A stretch of 63,588 nt of DNA, filler included, from Octopus bimaculoides (Eukaryota): the NCBI RefSeq assembly GCF_001194135.2. It is 5 parts of 5 records of this genome, joined end to end, with 100 filler letters (N's around TTAATTAATTAA, not from the genome) between each part and the next. Parts side by side here need not be neighbours in the genome. Positions count along the whole stretch, not along the records: positions 1 to 25,829 come from NC_068983.1; 4 more parts are not named here. The stretch is one strand, 5' to 3'. Shown here piece by piece: positions 12,255-24,834 of the stretch. The number at the start of each line of letters is the position of its first letter. Within the stretch, counting starts at the first letter, position 1. The notes beneath the pieces were generated by a model. It had not been told where the DNA came from. It worked only from the letters and a program-made list of their open reading frames with translations, and did not search any database. Both the position numbers and the translations under genes were made by a program.

Positions 12255-12790
12255 GCATGGCTGTGTGGTTAAGAAACTTGCTTTACAACTCCGTGCTTTT
12301 GGGTTCAGAACCACCGCGTGGCATCTTAGACAACTGTCTTCTACTAGCTCAATGCTGGCAAATGCCGGTCAATGCCATTCTTAATGAATTTCGTNNNNNN
12401 NNNNNNNNNNNNNNNNNNNNNNNNNNNNNNNNNNNNNNNNNNNNNNNNNNNNNNNNNNNNNNNNNNNNNNNNNNNNNNNNNNNNNNNNNNNNNNNNNNNN
12501 NNNNNNNNNNNNNNNNNNNNNNNNNNNNNNNNNNNNNNNNNNNNNNNNNNNNNNNNNNNNNNNNNNNNNNNNTGTATGTGTGTATATGTGTGTGAGTGTA
12601 TATGTGTGTCTGTGTTTGTTAGTTCCTCTGCCGCTCAACAATTGGTGTAGATTTGTTGGTTTGTTTTTGTCGTCGGAACTTAGCGGTTCGTTTAAAGTGG
12701 CCGATAGAATAAGTGCTCGACTTAAAAGGAAGAAAAAGTACTGGAGGTCGATATTTTTTGAGTAAGCCATTCAAGGCGGTGCCAAACATT
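12255..12790 (+). mobile_element. SINE-A copy spanning a gap
   Basis: Head GCATGGCTGTGTGGTTAAGAAACTTGCTT...GGGTTCAGAACCACCGCGTGGC; the 3' half resumes after the gap. Confidence 0.75.
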
Positions 12791-13084
12791 GCCGAAATTC
12801 GATGAAAAAAAAAAGACAATTTTCCATCCCACCTGATTCCTCAAATAAGGTACCACTCAAATACTGCGATTACTACAATCGACCAAGCTGCTCCAATAAA
12901 TTTATTGGAAGACAAGAACTTCCAATTATTCCTGTAATAATTGGGAGTGAAACCCCCGGTATAGACTTGCAGAATAGTGGGATTCTGTAGTCTATCAAGA
13001 ATTCTAAGAAAATATTTTTGAGATTTAAGGTAATTTGTCATCAAACCCTTAGAATATTATCTCTACTGGTTAAATGAGCATTTG

Positions 13085-14430
13085 ATATTTTCTACTCTAA
13101 GCACAATGCCCTAAATTTTTGGGAAGGGGACCCAGTCGATTACATCGAGTCAAGTACTCAACTGGTACTTAATTTATCGACCCGCAAAGTATGAAAGGCA
13201 AAGTCGACCTCGGCGGAATTTGAACTCAGAACCTAAAGACAGACGAAATACCGATAAGCATTTTGCCCGGCGTGCTAACGTCTCTGCCAGCTCGCCGCCT
13301 TATGAGCCTTTAATATCGTACGTAAATCTATGGTGGTGTGCCGGCAGATTCGTTAGCACGTTGAAGAAAAGGTTGAGGAGTATTTCGTTCGTCTTTACAT
13401 CGTGAGTTCAAATTCTTTCCTGGTCGATAAAATAAAACCAGCTGAGTACTGGTTAATTTTATCAACTTACCTTCTTCCACGAAATTGAGCAGTTTGAAAC
13501 GAATATTTTCCGAAAAAAAAAACGATAGCAAAAATAACAATTCCTAATATAGACATAAAGCCTGGGAGAGGGTGCTAATCGTTACAATAAAGTCCAGTAC
13601 TTCGTTTTACTGACAACGAGGGAATAGAATATAAAGTTGACTCTAGCGGGATGCGAACTGTGAACAAAAGCCACAGTTATTCCGGAGCCTCTAAGGCCTA
13701 TAACAAAACAGATATATTCTAACTATTTAACCGCTAATCGCAGATGCATGCAATTTATTGATGCATACCAAATATGATGTGGAGACAAGTATACAAGTTA
13801 AAAGAAAGCATGCAAACATTCACATAGAATAATTAATTAAAAGTCTCTAGTAAAACACGCAATAATATATATATATATATATAATGTATAATATAAACTT
13901 CAAACAATATATAAAGCACGTTATCCACCTACACAAAGTTGTAAATCTAGTAGCTAGGCTTTATCAGTGCAACTCATTGTTGTAATCAGATTCACAGCTC
14001 TGTCTGGCTTGTATCAAATACCAAAAATCTGTCAATCCGAGGGATTTGGTTGTTGGAAATGGCAAGAAATGGTCCACGTCCTACCTATGGTTTCAGTATA
14101 TGTTTTCGCACAAATAAGGTGTTTTTCTTAGGGAGTGGGGTCGATAAATTAAGTACCAGTTACGCACTGGGGTCGATGTAATCGACTTAATGCGTTTGTC
14201 TGTCCTTGTTTGTCCCTTCTATGTTTAGCCCCTTGTTAGCATGCTGGACGAAATGCTAACCGGTATTTCGTCTGTCTTTACGTTCTATGTTTAAATTCCG
14301 CCGAGGTTGACTTTACCTTTTATCCTTTCGGGATCGATAAATTAACTACCAGTTGCGTACTGAGGTCGATCTAATCGACTGGCTCCCTCCCCAAAAGTTT
14401 CCTGCCTTGTACCTAGAGTAGAAAAGAATA
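13085..14430. mobile_element. SINE-B copies: 13085-13300 (-), 13330-13500 (+), 13530-13690 (-, decayed), 14135-14430 (+, two partial tandem copies)
   Basis: Shared core GACTTTGCCTTTCATCCTTTCGGGGTCGATAAATTAAGTACCAG and head with B-box-like GAGTTCAAATTCC. Confidence 0.85.
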
Positions 14431-15274
14431 ATGTGATTGGGAGAATAACGCCCACTTTGGTTACATAACTCCACAACACCAAGCCTGTTTATGTTAACTC
14501 ACCGATTTTCGTTTTCTATGGCAATAGTAACTCACTAAAAAGTAGACCCACCTGATACAATGGCATTTTTGTTCGATGAAGCTTGTGTGCTATTTGCTCT
14601 CTTTTCTTTTTTTAATCACTAATAAAGTCGTATTCTTTTTTATTACAATAATTCTGCTTGTGTGTCGCGTGACGAAAAGAAAAGAAATCACTATTTTCAT
14701 ATCTTGCTTTGCGAATGACTGTTGAATATTTCCGATTTTTATGTTTTGGGGTGTATCAGTTTGTTGTTGATGCAGAAGCCTTTATAGACGCCAAAAGAAA
14801 CACTTAACAGCAAAAGCAATCCATCTTTCTCGAATATTTCCATAAAAAGTAGCGCTGTACATTGTTACCAAAAACCAGAGCTTTTAAGATCATTCCAGTG
14901 TGTAAGAAAACGAAATGTTAAACATCTATACTCGATACACTTTCTTTAGTATTTTATTTCAATTTGAAACTTCCAAACTCGCCTCGCTTTAACATACTCT
15001 CGAAGAGATTGTCTCCTCAAAGATAGTAGACCACAAATCGTAGTCCAGGTGATCAAATTTCGAATTGTATAGGAATTTCCTATTTTGTATTAATCTGGGT
15101 AAAAGAGAAAAAAGTTTCATTCACTTTGAAATGGCGATTACGTAGTATTTTCAGAGCCAAAAGAAGTACACATCTATATATTAAAGTACAAGTTAGCAAA
15201 TTTTAATGGCGGGACGGAGTCGATATCATATACACTCCTTGCACTTTGTTGGTTCTTTTGTTCGTGAATAATGG

Positions 15275-15650
15275 TATTCCGTCGGTTACGACGGCGAGGG
15301 TTCCAGTTGATCTGATCAATGGAACAACCTGCTCGTGAAATTAACGTGCAAGAGGCTGAGCACTCCACAGACACGTGTATCCTTAATGTAGTTCTCGGGG
15401 AGATTCAGCGTGACGCAGTGTGACAAGACTGACCCTTTGAATTACAGGCACAACAGAAACAGGAAGTAAGAGTGAGAGAAAGTTGTGGTGAAAGAGTACA
15501 GCAGGGTTCGCCATCATCCCCTGCCGGAGCCTCATGGAACGTTAGGTGTTGTCGCTCAATAAACACTCACAACGCCCGGTCTGGGAATCGAAATCGCGAT
15601 CCTACGACCGCGAGCCCGCTACCCTAACCACTGGGCCATTGCGCCTCCAC
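15275..15650 (-). mobile_element. SINE-C full-length copy with ~14-bp TSD
   Basis: Minus-strand head TGGAGGCGCAATGGCCCAGTGGTTAGGG...TTTCGATTCCCAGACC (A/B boxes). Flanks TTCGTGAATAATGG (15261-15274) and TTCGTAAATAATGG (15654-15667). High identity to 50235-50608 and 56345-56844. Confidence 0.92.
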
Positions 15651-15989
15651 TTCTTCGTAAATAATGGAGAAATGAAATGTAAAGTTGACTTCGGTGGAAT
15701 CTAAACTCAAAATAAAAAGAGCTAGAAGGAATATCTCAAGGCATTTTGAGAGACGATCTAACCATCACGCCGATATGTAACCTGAGGAATAATAACTAAG
15801 AAACATCATGATGATTTTCTGTTATAGCCACAAGGCTTGAAATTAAGATAATTAGGATAAGTTGATTAAATCGACTCAGTTCATGACAAGTAACTAATTT
15901 TATCGGGCCCTTAGGGATGAGAGGCATAACTTACCTCGGCATATTTTGAACCAAATTATCATCATCATAAGAGAAATTACAATATATAA

Positions 15990-16135
15990 CGACCTGAGTG
16001 GTTGGCGTTAGGAAGGGCATCCAGCTGTAAAAGAGACTCTGCCAAATTAGATTGGAGCCTGGTGTTGCCATCCGGTTTCACCAGTCCTCAGTCAAATCGT
16101 CCAACCCATGCTAGCATGGAAAGCGGACGTTAAAC

Positions 16136-16190
<55 letters not shown>
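15990..16190 (+). mobile_element. Non-LTR retroelement 3' end (RTE-like) with (GAT)n tail
   Basis: GGTTGGCGTTAGGAAGGGCATCCAGC...CCAACCCATGCTAGCATGGAAAGCGGACGTTAAACG+(ATG)n. Related copies at 45768-45815 (+), 54360-54512 (+), 59255-59425 (-) and 59490-59660 (-). The RTE assignment is an inference. Confidence 0.75.
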
Positions 16191-16191
<1 letters not shown>

Positions 16192-16194
16192 CAA

Positions 16195-17020
16195 TAATTT
16201 GTTTCTGATTTTGGCATAAGGCTAGTAATTTTTCAGGGGAGGGCCAATACGATTACATCGGCCCCATTACTTTACAGATACTTTATTTTATCGACACCAG
16301 AGTGATAAAAGGCAAAGTTGATCCCGGCAACGTTTGAACCGAGAACTTAAAGAGGCAGAAGAAATGTCACAAATAATAATGATTTTAAAGCTTGGCACAA
16401 GGCCAGCTTATTTGGGGAGGGGATAATTCGATTCTATCAACCCCTGTGCTCAACGGGTACTTATTTATCGACCCCGAAAGGATGAAAGGCAAAGACTACC
16501 TGGGCAGAATTTGAACTCAGAACGTAAAGGCAAACGAGACGTCGCTATGCATTTTGTCCGGCATGCTTAACGATTCTGCCAGCTCATGCCTTAATGCTGC
16601 CAATTTTGACACAAGGAAAGCAGGTTTGAGACCAGGAAAGGGGAAAGACGATAATATTGACCCCAGTTCTTGACTGATACTTTATTTTATCGACTCCCAG
16701 AAGGATGAAATGCAAAGTCGACCTCGGTGGCATTTGAACTGAGGACGTAAAGCACCTGAAGAAATGCCGCTATGCATTTTGTCCGGTGTGGTAACGATTC
16801 CCCACTCATAAATAATAATAGTTCTTTATACTCTAGGCAGAAAGCCTGGAATTTTGAGGTAGGTGATTGTCGAATACACTGATACTCGTGCTCAACTGGT
16901 AATTATTTTATCGACCCCAAAAGGATAAAAGGCAAAGCTGTCCTCAGTGGAATATGAGCACCGAGAGTAAAGCTGGAAGAAATGCGAGAAAGCATTCGCC
17001 CCCGCATGGTATCAACCTTA
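16195..17020 (-). mobile_element. Four head-to-tail SINE-B copies
   Basis: Units of about 200 bp at ~16200, 16381, 16593 and 16820, each with TTTATCGAC...GGCAAAG...TTTGAAC. Confidence 0.88.
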
Positions 17021-17048
17021 TGAATAATAATAATAATTCGTTCTACTA

Positions 17049-17262
17049 AGGCAGCGAGCAGGCAGAATCGTGAGCACGCCGGGCAAAATGCTTAGCGGCA
17101 TTTCTTCCGGATTCCAGTTCGAATTCATATTCCGCCGAGGGTGATTTGGCCATCCATCCTTTCGGGGGCCAATAAAAGAAGTACCAGTTGAGATCTACGA
17201 TCGATGTAATCGATGTATTCCCCTCCACCGAATCTGTTAGCCTTGTGCTAAAATTTGAAATC
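17049..17262 (+). mobile_element. SINE-B copy with 17-bp TSD
   Basis: AATAATTCGTTCTACTA at 17032-17048 and 17263-17279; followed by a minus-strand SINE-B copy (17270-17482). Confidence 0.9.
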
Positions 17263-17950
17263 AATAATTCGTTCTACTATTAGCACAAGGCCTGAAATTT
17301 AGGAGTAAGGTGTAGTCAATTACATTTACCTCAGTATTTCACTGGTACTTAGTTTATCGGCCACGAAAGAATGAAAGGCAGATTCGACCAAGGCAGAATA
17401 TGAACTCGGAACGGGAAGACAGACGAAATGCCGTTAAGCATTTTGTCCGGCGTGCTAACGATTCTGCCAGCTCGTCGCCTTGGCCTTATAAATAATTATC
17501 ACAATTCATTAAATAGTCAGAGAACTTGCTTTGTACAAACGTTAGAGGGTGGTCTAAATGCTTTATGGCTCTTAGTTACGTTCTAAGTTCAAATCCTAGG
17601 GGAATTCATTTTGAATCTCATATCCCGTTTCTGGAAATTGGTTGGTTAAAATAAATACCTGTTGTATAATGCTAGTTAATGAAATCTGCTTTATACGTGT
17701 GTTTAGTGTGTTTTTTTTTACTTTTGGCAAAGTAGCAAATCAATAACGACCATTATTTAGATTACGCTTGTCATACAAACATCGATTACAATAACACAAT
17801 TTCAAGAATAAAGTAATGTAAACAAAAACTAAAGAGAATATAAAAAAAAAGCACCAAGCAGAATATACTCATTGACCATTCATCAAATTGGTCGATCAAA
17901 CTGTTTTTCTTACTTGTACACAGAATAATTATAGAGATTGATAGACTGAC

Positions 17951-18006
<56 letters not shown>

Positions 18007-18892
18007 GGAAAGATAGAGTGAGAGAGATGTGGGAGAGATAGAGCGAGACAGCGATGAAGAATATATATATATATACACACACGAGAGCGAGAGATGAGGG
18101 AGAGAGATGTAGGCGGGGTGAAATGAGAGAATCTCATTAAAAATGAATATAAACGTTCGCTGTCGACCGGCCGGTCGGCCAGTGCAACTTTAGTTGCGGG
18201 ATGCTGCGTTTTACGGCGAGGTGCGGTGATTCGAAAAACAAACGTATAAACATATAAACAAAAAAATATTGAGATTTAATGTTATTTTATTAGAGTGAAG
18301 CCTGTCGATGTAACAACACGAATTCATTGCGTCCTTCCATCCAGAGAATCATGCGTATATTCATTCACACGCGAAAACATACATCCCACGCGTAAACTCA
18401 TACACTGTCTATTTCTCTCTCTCTTTCTCTCTCTCTCTCCCCCTCTCTCTCTCTCTCTCTGTCTCCCTCTCGTTCTCTCTCTCTCCCACGCACACACACA
18501 CGTTTGGTATTAGTTTTCGCAAATAATAAACAAGGCAAAGATTCTGAGTTTTTACACGAAGTCCAAAGAAAAGAAAATAAATCAAATTAGTTTGAGAGCG
18601 CTAAGTCATTTAATCGACTCTACTATTTGATACTGGAAGAATGGAAAGCAATACGGACCCTGGTAACATTTGAACTTAGAAAGGAACGGGGTTAAATACG
18701 TTTCGTTATTTTGACTACCGTTCTATTGACAACAGCTATCGGTCCTTTTGGTTATCTCAACCCATTAAAAAATTGGGTTATCTCCCCCTGTTTTATGAGA
18801 AATATCGGTACTTTTGGTTATCTCCCTCAACTAAAACCCTCAATGTTGTTTAATCCTCAATAAAACAGAAAAAATTAAGATATTAATAAACA

Positions 18893-19864
18893 TAGGCGTA
18901 GTAGTGGCTGTATGTGGTAAGTAGCTTNNNNNNNNNNNNNNNNNNNNNNNNNNNNNNNNNNNNNNNNNNNNNNNNNNNNNNNNNNNNNNNNNNNNNNNNN
19001 NNNNNNNNNNNNNNNNNNNNNNNNNNNNNNNNNNNNNNNNNNNNNNNNNNNNNNNNNNNNNNNNNNNNNNNNNNNNNNNNNNNNNNNNNNNNNNNNNNNN
19101 NNNNNNNNNNNNNNNNNNNNNNNNNNNNNNNNNNNNNNNNNNNNNNNNNNNNNNNNNNNNNNNNNNNNNNNNNNNNNNNNNNNNNNNNNNNNNNNNNNNN
19201 NNNNNNNNNNNNNNNNNNNNNNNNNNNNNNNNNNNNNNNNNNNNNNNNNNNNNNNNNNNNNNNNNNNNNNNNNNNNNNNNNNNNNNNNNNNNNNNNNNNN
19301 NNNNNNNNNNNNNNNNNNNNNNNNNNNNNNNNNNNNNNNNNNNNNNNNNNNNNNNNNNNNNNNNNNNNNNNNNNNNNNNNNNNNNNNNNNNNNNNNNNNN
19401 NNNNNNNNNNNNNNNNNNNNNNNNNNNNNNNNNNNNNNNNNNNNNNNNNNNNNNNNNNNNNNNNNNNNNNNNNNNNNNNNNNNNNNNNNNNNNNNNNNNN
19501 NNNNNNNNNNNNNNNNNNNNNNNNNNNNNNNNNNNNNNNNNNNNNNNNNNNNNNNNNNNNNNNNNNNNNNNNNNNNNNNNNNNNNNNNNNNNNNNNNNNN
19601 NNNNNNNNNNNNNNNNNNNNNNNNNNNNNNNNNNNNNNNNNNNNNNNNNNNNNNNNNNNNNNNNNNNNNNNNNNNNNNNNNNNNNNNNNNNNNNNNNNNN
19701 NNNNNNNNNNNNNNNNNNNNNNNNNNNNNNNNNNNNNNNNNNNNNNNNNNNNNNNNNNNNNNNNNNNNNNNNNNNNNNNNNNNNNNNNNNNNNNNNNNNN
19801 NNNNNNNNNNNNNNNNNNNNNNNNNNNNNNNNNNNNNNNNNNNNNNNNNNNNNNNNNNNNNNNN

Positions 19865-19900
<36 letters not shown>

Positions 19901-20025
19901 TGTGTGTGTGTTTGTCCCCCCAACATCACTTGACAACCTATGCTGGTGTGTTTGCTCGACGAAAGGCGATGCTCCAGCATGGCCACAACACACATGACTG
20001 AAACAAGTAAAAGAGTAAAGAGTAA
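18893..20025 (+). mobile_element. SINE-A copy spanning a gap
   Basis: Head GGCGTAGTAGTGGCTGTATGTGGTAAGTAGCTT before the gap; 3' half at 19865-20025 after it. Confidence 0.75.
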
Positions 20026-20034
20026 CTACATTAT

Positions 20035-20535
20035 TTTAAGGAGTCCGAAGGGATGGAAATACAGTTTGACCTCGAAGGAATTTACAATCATTACGTAGAG
20101 CCCTTGAAGAAATGCCGCTAACTGTTTTGTCCAACTTGCTGACGATTCTTTTCTACTCTAGGGACAAGGCCCGAAATTGTTTGAGGACGGGACCAGTCGA
20201 TTAGATAGACCCCAGTACGCAACTCGACCTAGGTGGAATTTGGACTCAGAACATAAAGACTGACGAAATACCACGAAGAGTTTCGCCCGGCATGCTAATG
20301 TTTCTGTCAGCTCGCTGCACTTACAATGATATCACTTTCAAATTTAGGCCAAGGCCAGCAATTGTAGAAGTGTTTAAATCGACCCCACTGCTCAAGGGGT
20401 ACTTATTTAATCGAGGCCGAAAGGATGAACGCCATAGTCGACCACGGTGGAATTTGAACTTAGAACGTATAGACAGGCGAGATGCCACTAAGCGTTTTGC
20501 TCGGGTGTGCTAATGATTCTCCCATCGCGCATCAT
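20035..20535 (-). mobile_element. Three tandem SINE-B copies (partial/diverged)
   Basis: Repeated GGAATTT.AACT.AGAAC / GACCTCG / ACAAGGCC motifs. Confidence 0.8.
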
Positions 20536-20639
20536 TACATAATTACAATGATATTAACTACATAAAATATTAGAAGCTATAATGAGTGCGGAGGCTGGCA
20601 AATACAGCCATATTGACAATTTCATTTTACTTCTTCTCG

Positions 20640-20763
20640 CTTTCTGTATTTCCTTCTTTATAACCTTCCTACTTTCTTTTTTTAATTTTTTTCTTTCTTC
20701 CTTCCTTCCTTCCTTTCTTTCTTTCTTTCTTTCTTCCTTTCTTCATTTCTTTCTTTCTTTCAT

Positions 20764-20803
<40 letters not shown>

Positions 20804-20814
20804 TCCTTCTTTCC

Positions 20815-20845
<31 letters not shown>

Positions 20846-20953
20846 TTCCTTTGTTTGTTTGTTTGTTTCTTTCTTTCTTCCTTTCTTTCTTTCTTTGTTT
20901 TCTTTCTTTCGTTCTTTCTTTCTTTGTTTTCTTTCTTTCGTTCTTTCTTTTTT

Positions 20954-21001
<48 letters not shown>

Positions 21002-21082
21002 TCACCTTTGTTTGTTTGTTTGTTTGCTTCTTCCTTTCTTTGTTTTCTTTCTTTCTTCCTTTATTTCTTTCTTCCTTTTTTC

Positions 21083-21113
<31 letters not shown>

Positions 21114-21118
21114 TGTTT

Positions 21119-21153
<35 letters not shown>

Positions 21154-21200
21154 CTCTCTCTCTCTCTCTCTCTTCCCTCTCTCTCTTTTTATCTTTCTCT
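20640..21200. repeat. Degenerate (CTTT)n tract, ~560 bp
   Basis: Imperfect CTTT/CTTC/GTTT tetranucleotide array. Confidence 0.95.
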
Positions 21201-21702
21201 CATACTAACTTTGTTCAAAATCTTTGCTTATTTGTTCATATAGCAAAGCATCACTTTCTTTTTCTCCCTTCCTCTTTCTCTTTCCCCCCCCCTCTCTCTC
21301 TCTCTTTACCTTTTCTCTCCGTCTCTTTCACTGTACATACGCACGCTTATATATTTATAAATTTACTCACACACATTCATCTATATACATATATTCACAC
21401 CCACACATATACACATACATATACACGTACACACACACGTGTATAGATTTCTATAGTCACGAATACACACTTTTATACACACTAACTTATATAAATATAC
21501 AGCTCTGAATTATAACGCCATTGTAAACAAACAGTGTATATAAAATGACATCGCTAATTATCTTTCCTCGATTGTTGCTTGTCTACTTGTCTACCTCTTT
21601 CTTTACATCCTTGTTTACACACAAAAATATATACGCACAAACAAACAGACACAGACACTCTCCCTCAGGCATGCACACACATATAACTATATAGATACAT
21701 TT

Positions 21703-22352
21703 TTTTTCTACTCTAAGCACAAGGCCAGACATTTTGGGGGAAAGAGCCAGTCGATTAGATCGACCCCAGTACGCAACTGGCACTTAATTTATCGATCCCG
21801 AAGGATGAAAGGCAAAGTCGGCCACGGCGGAATTTGAATTCAGAACGTAAAGACAGACGAAATACCGCTAAGCATTTCGCCCGGCGTGCTAACATTTCTT
21901 ATTTCTTTATTGCCCACAAGGGGCTAAACAGAGAGGGGACAAGCAAAGGGATTAAGTCGATTATATCGACCCCAGTACGTAACTAGTACTTAATTTATCG
22001 ACCCCGAAACGATGGAAGGCAAACTCGACCTCAGCAGCATTTGAACTCAGAACGTAACAGCAGACAAAATACCGCTGAGCATTTTGCCCGGCGTGCTAAC
22101 GTTTCTGCCAGCTCGCCGCCTTGCTATATAGATATATTCTTTTCTACTTTAAGCACAAGGCCCGAAATTTGGGGGAAGGGCGCTAGTCGATTAGTTCGAC
22201 CTCAGTACGTAACTGGTATTTCATTTATCGACCCCGAAAGGATGAAAAGCAAAGTCGACCTCGGTGGAATTTGAACTCTGAGCGTAAAGCCAGACGAAAT
22301 ACCACTAAGCATTTCGCCTGGCGTGCTAACGTTTCTGCTAGCTCGCCGCCTT
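21703..22352 (-). mobile_element. Three head-to-tail, CpG-rich SINE-B copies
   Basis: Near-identical units at 21703, 21896 and 22135; the middle one has a different 3' tail. Confidence 0.92.
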
Positions 22353-22604
22353 TTTCACAGGGATATATTGGCTTCTTCTCAACGGACATTGAGCAAAAGA
22401 GACTAACGTGGAAGGCACTTACCTAAGGACACGTGTAGGCGTATCGAACGCGGAGACAGTTACAAAACGAGCACATTAGTTGCTCAGCGAACCCTCACAG
22501 CAATTCAGATCTATAACCCGGTTCTTGGTTTGCAATCTTCTCCAGAGTTTCCTTTCTCAAGCTTTCCTCTGAGTCTACACACAAAACAGGTATATATATA
22601 TATA

Positions 22605-22770
22605 ATCGAAAAATACAAAAATGGGACAAGAACGCAAAACATCTAGGCAATCAGGTGATACAAAATACGGACAACAAAACATCCAGACAGACGATACATA
22701 GAAAACAAGGACGGGTCATTCAGAGTTTCCCATCCTCAGTCGAGTTCCAGAATATCTTTGCAATTCCGTA
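22605..22770. mobile_element. Unclassified interspersed repeat (family 5), partial
   Basis: AATGGGACAAGAACGCAAAAC...GACGATACA.AGAAAACAAGGA.GGGTCATTC; also present at 30630-31200 and 44478-44965. Confidence 0.75.
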
Positions 22771-23404
22771 TACCAGTTAAATCTTGCTGCTCCGATGTCG
22801 CAAATAGCCAGTAGGTTTAATTCAAATTCATTATTAGCGACGGAAGCAGTGTTAATACCTAAAGGTGGTCTTTATATCAAACTTCATATGAAAGTTTTTT
22901 TAGTACACCGAATACTGCGTAATTAGCCTTGAGAAATCCTCTCGCATAGGTGCTTGGTGCATAAAAGCGTACGCCTCCTACTCAAGATTTCCAATAGAGT
23001 GGAGTCACGTGATATTATAGACGATTCTTGTCTACTACGATCTCTATATATGCTTACTGAATAAAATATTTTGGATTTATTGAAATTATCTCCGTTTCCA
23101 GGTAGGATGAGCTAATGGCTTGCTAGCAAGTAGAACTAACGCCAAACGAGAAGATATGGTTTCAAGAATCAATACCCTCCAAAACTGGCATTATGGAAAT
23201 ATAGATGAGCTAACGACAATTCTTCTCCAAGTGAAACGTGAATATGTCAATGAACGTTTGGCCGAAGCGTGAAGCTTCTGTATTCAGTGATCTCAAGATG
23301 CTTCCGTTAGACAACATCACTCATCATAGCAACCAAGCAGAAGAAAACTGACGCTTGAAACATCAAACCTGAGATAAGTTACAGTATTATTTATAAAAAG
23401 TATT

Positions 23405-23640
23405 ATCCTTGACCTTCGTCGATTACGACGAGTAATGTGCCAGTTCATACAGTCAACCGAAGAGCCTGCTCATGAAGTTAACGTGCCAGTGACAGAGTAC
23501 TCCACAGAAATGTGTACCTTTCCGTAGTTCTCAGAGTGTGGCAAGGCTGGTCATTTTGAATTACAAGTACAACTCATTTTTTTCCCAACTGAATGGACTA
23601 GGGCAACGAGAAATAAAGTGCCTTGCTTAAAGACGCAAAA
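23405..23640 (-). mobile_element. Old, decayed SINE-C-related fragment
   Basis: GCCTGCTCATGAAGTTAACGTGCCAGTGACAGAGTACTCCACAGA aligns to the SINE-C body. Confidence 0.65.
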
Positions 23641-24289
23641 TGTATCAAAAGTAAATAATACTGCACTTGGAAGCTAATTTGAATGTGTAAAAGTGTTAAT
23701 TAATTAAAGCCGGTGGATAGGAATGTTTGGTGGTTTGGATTAAGAGAAAACCATTATGGATTGCTTTCAGGTTTATAATAAACTTTAAGCTCTATGCAAA
23801 TAAAAAAGAGAGATTTTCAAATTATCTTAAGCTTACTAGCAAAGAAGCAGTAGAAATAATTCATATATTATAAAAAAAAGCTAATGAATGTAGAGAGGAT
23901 TGTTTCTATTGAGTATACAGAAATTGAAATACGAACATTAAAGGAAATATATATTCCGCTATTCCAAGTTATTAAATGAAAGATAACAGACAAATCGTGC
24001 TAGCTATATAATAGTGTTAATATAGTAGAAACTGAATCATACTTTTCAGAAATTAATATCTAAACAAACACGATGTTTATATCTACAAAATACGTTAATC
24101 TCCATGGCCATTAAGTGATACTAACATAAAGAGAGATCATTTTCCCAATATATCTATTTGATGGCGTAAAAGACGTACGGTTATATTTGATGCATTTCAA
24201 GACTTCCAGTAAAAGCGTTTCTAATATATTAAACCGTGATATTTAAAGCAGTCTCGCAGTACATTGCAAAACATTACAGTGCAAGCAAT

Positions 24290-24497
24290 AATCCTTTCTG
24301 TTATAGGTACAAGGCCTGAAATTTGTGGGGAGTGGGAAAATCGATTACGTCAACACTAGCTCTCATCTGGTACTAATTTTATCGACTCTGAAAGACAAAC
24401 TCGACCTGGGCGGGATTTGAACTCAGAACGTAATGATGTGCAAAATACCGCTAAGCCTTTCACCCAGAGTGCCAACGATTCTGCCAGCTCGCGGCTT
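24290..24497 (-). mobile_element. SINE-B copy
   Basis: Same core and head as the other SINE-B copies. Confidence 0.85.
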
Positions 24498-24834
24498 TTA
24501 CAGTACAAATAATTATAATAACGATTATATAAATATTATTATGGAGTCATGCTAAGTGGAAGGAATATCTGGATTAAAATTAGCTTATATTCGTGTGCGC
24601 CAGCGCAAAAATAGCTCATAGGAAGCAAAGCTTTGAATGTAGGACCCCGGGTGAGTTTTTCAGACACATTTTTCGGGTAGGGGAGGTAAATGATGTGTCT
24701 TATATGCCATGAATTGGGTAAGTTTAAACATGGATTTAGCATTATTCGAAGGTTATATTACAGGTGGGATTCTAGACTCATTAGATACAGACTGGTATAA
24801 CTTATGATATATGTATAATTACATTTATTTTGTG

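Noticed and set aside
22700-22750. Hammerhead-like CTGAGGA...GAA(T)GACCCGTC on the minus strand of family 5
   Set aside because: The core is non-canonical (GAAT), stems I and II do not pair convincingly, and the motif is not conserved in the 30630 or 44478 copies.
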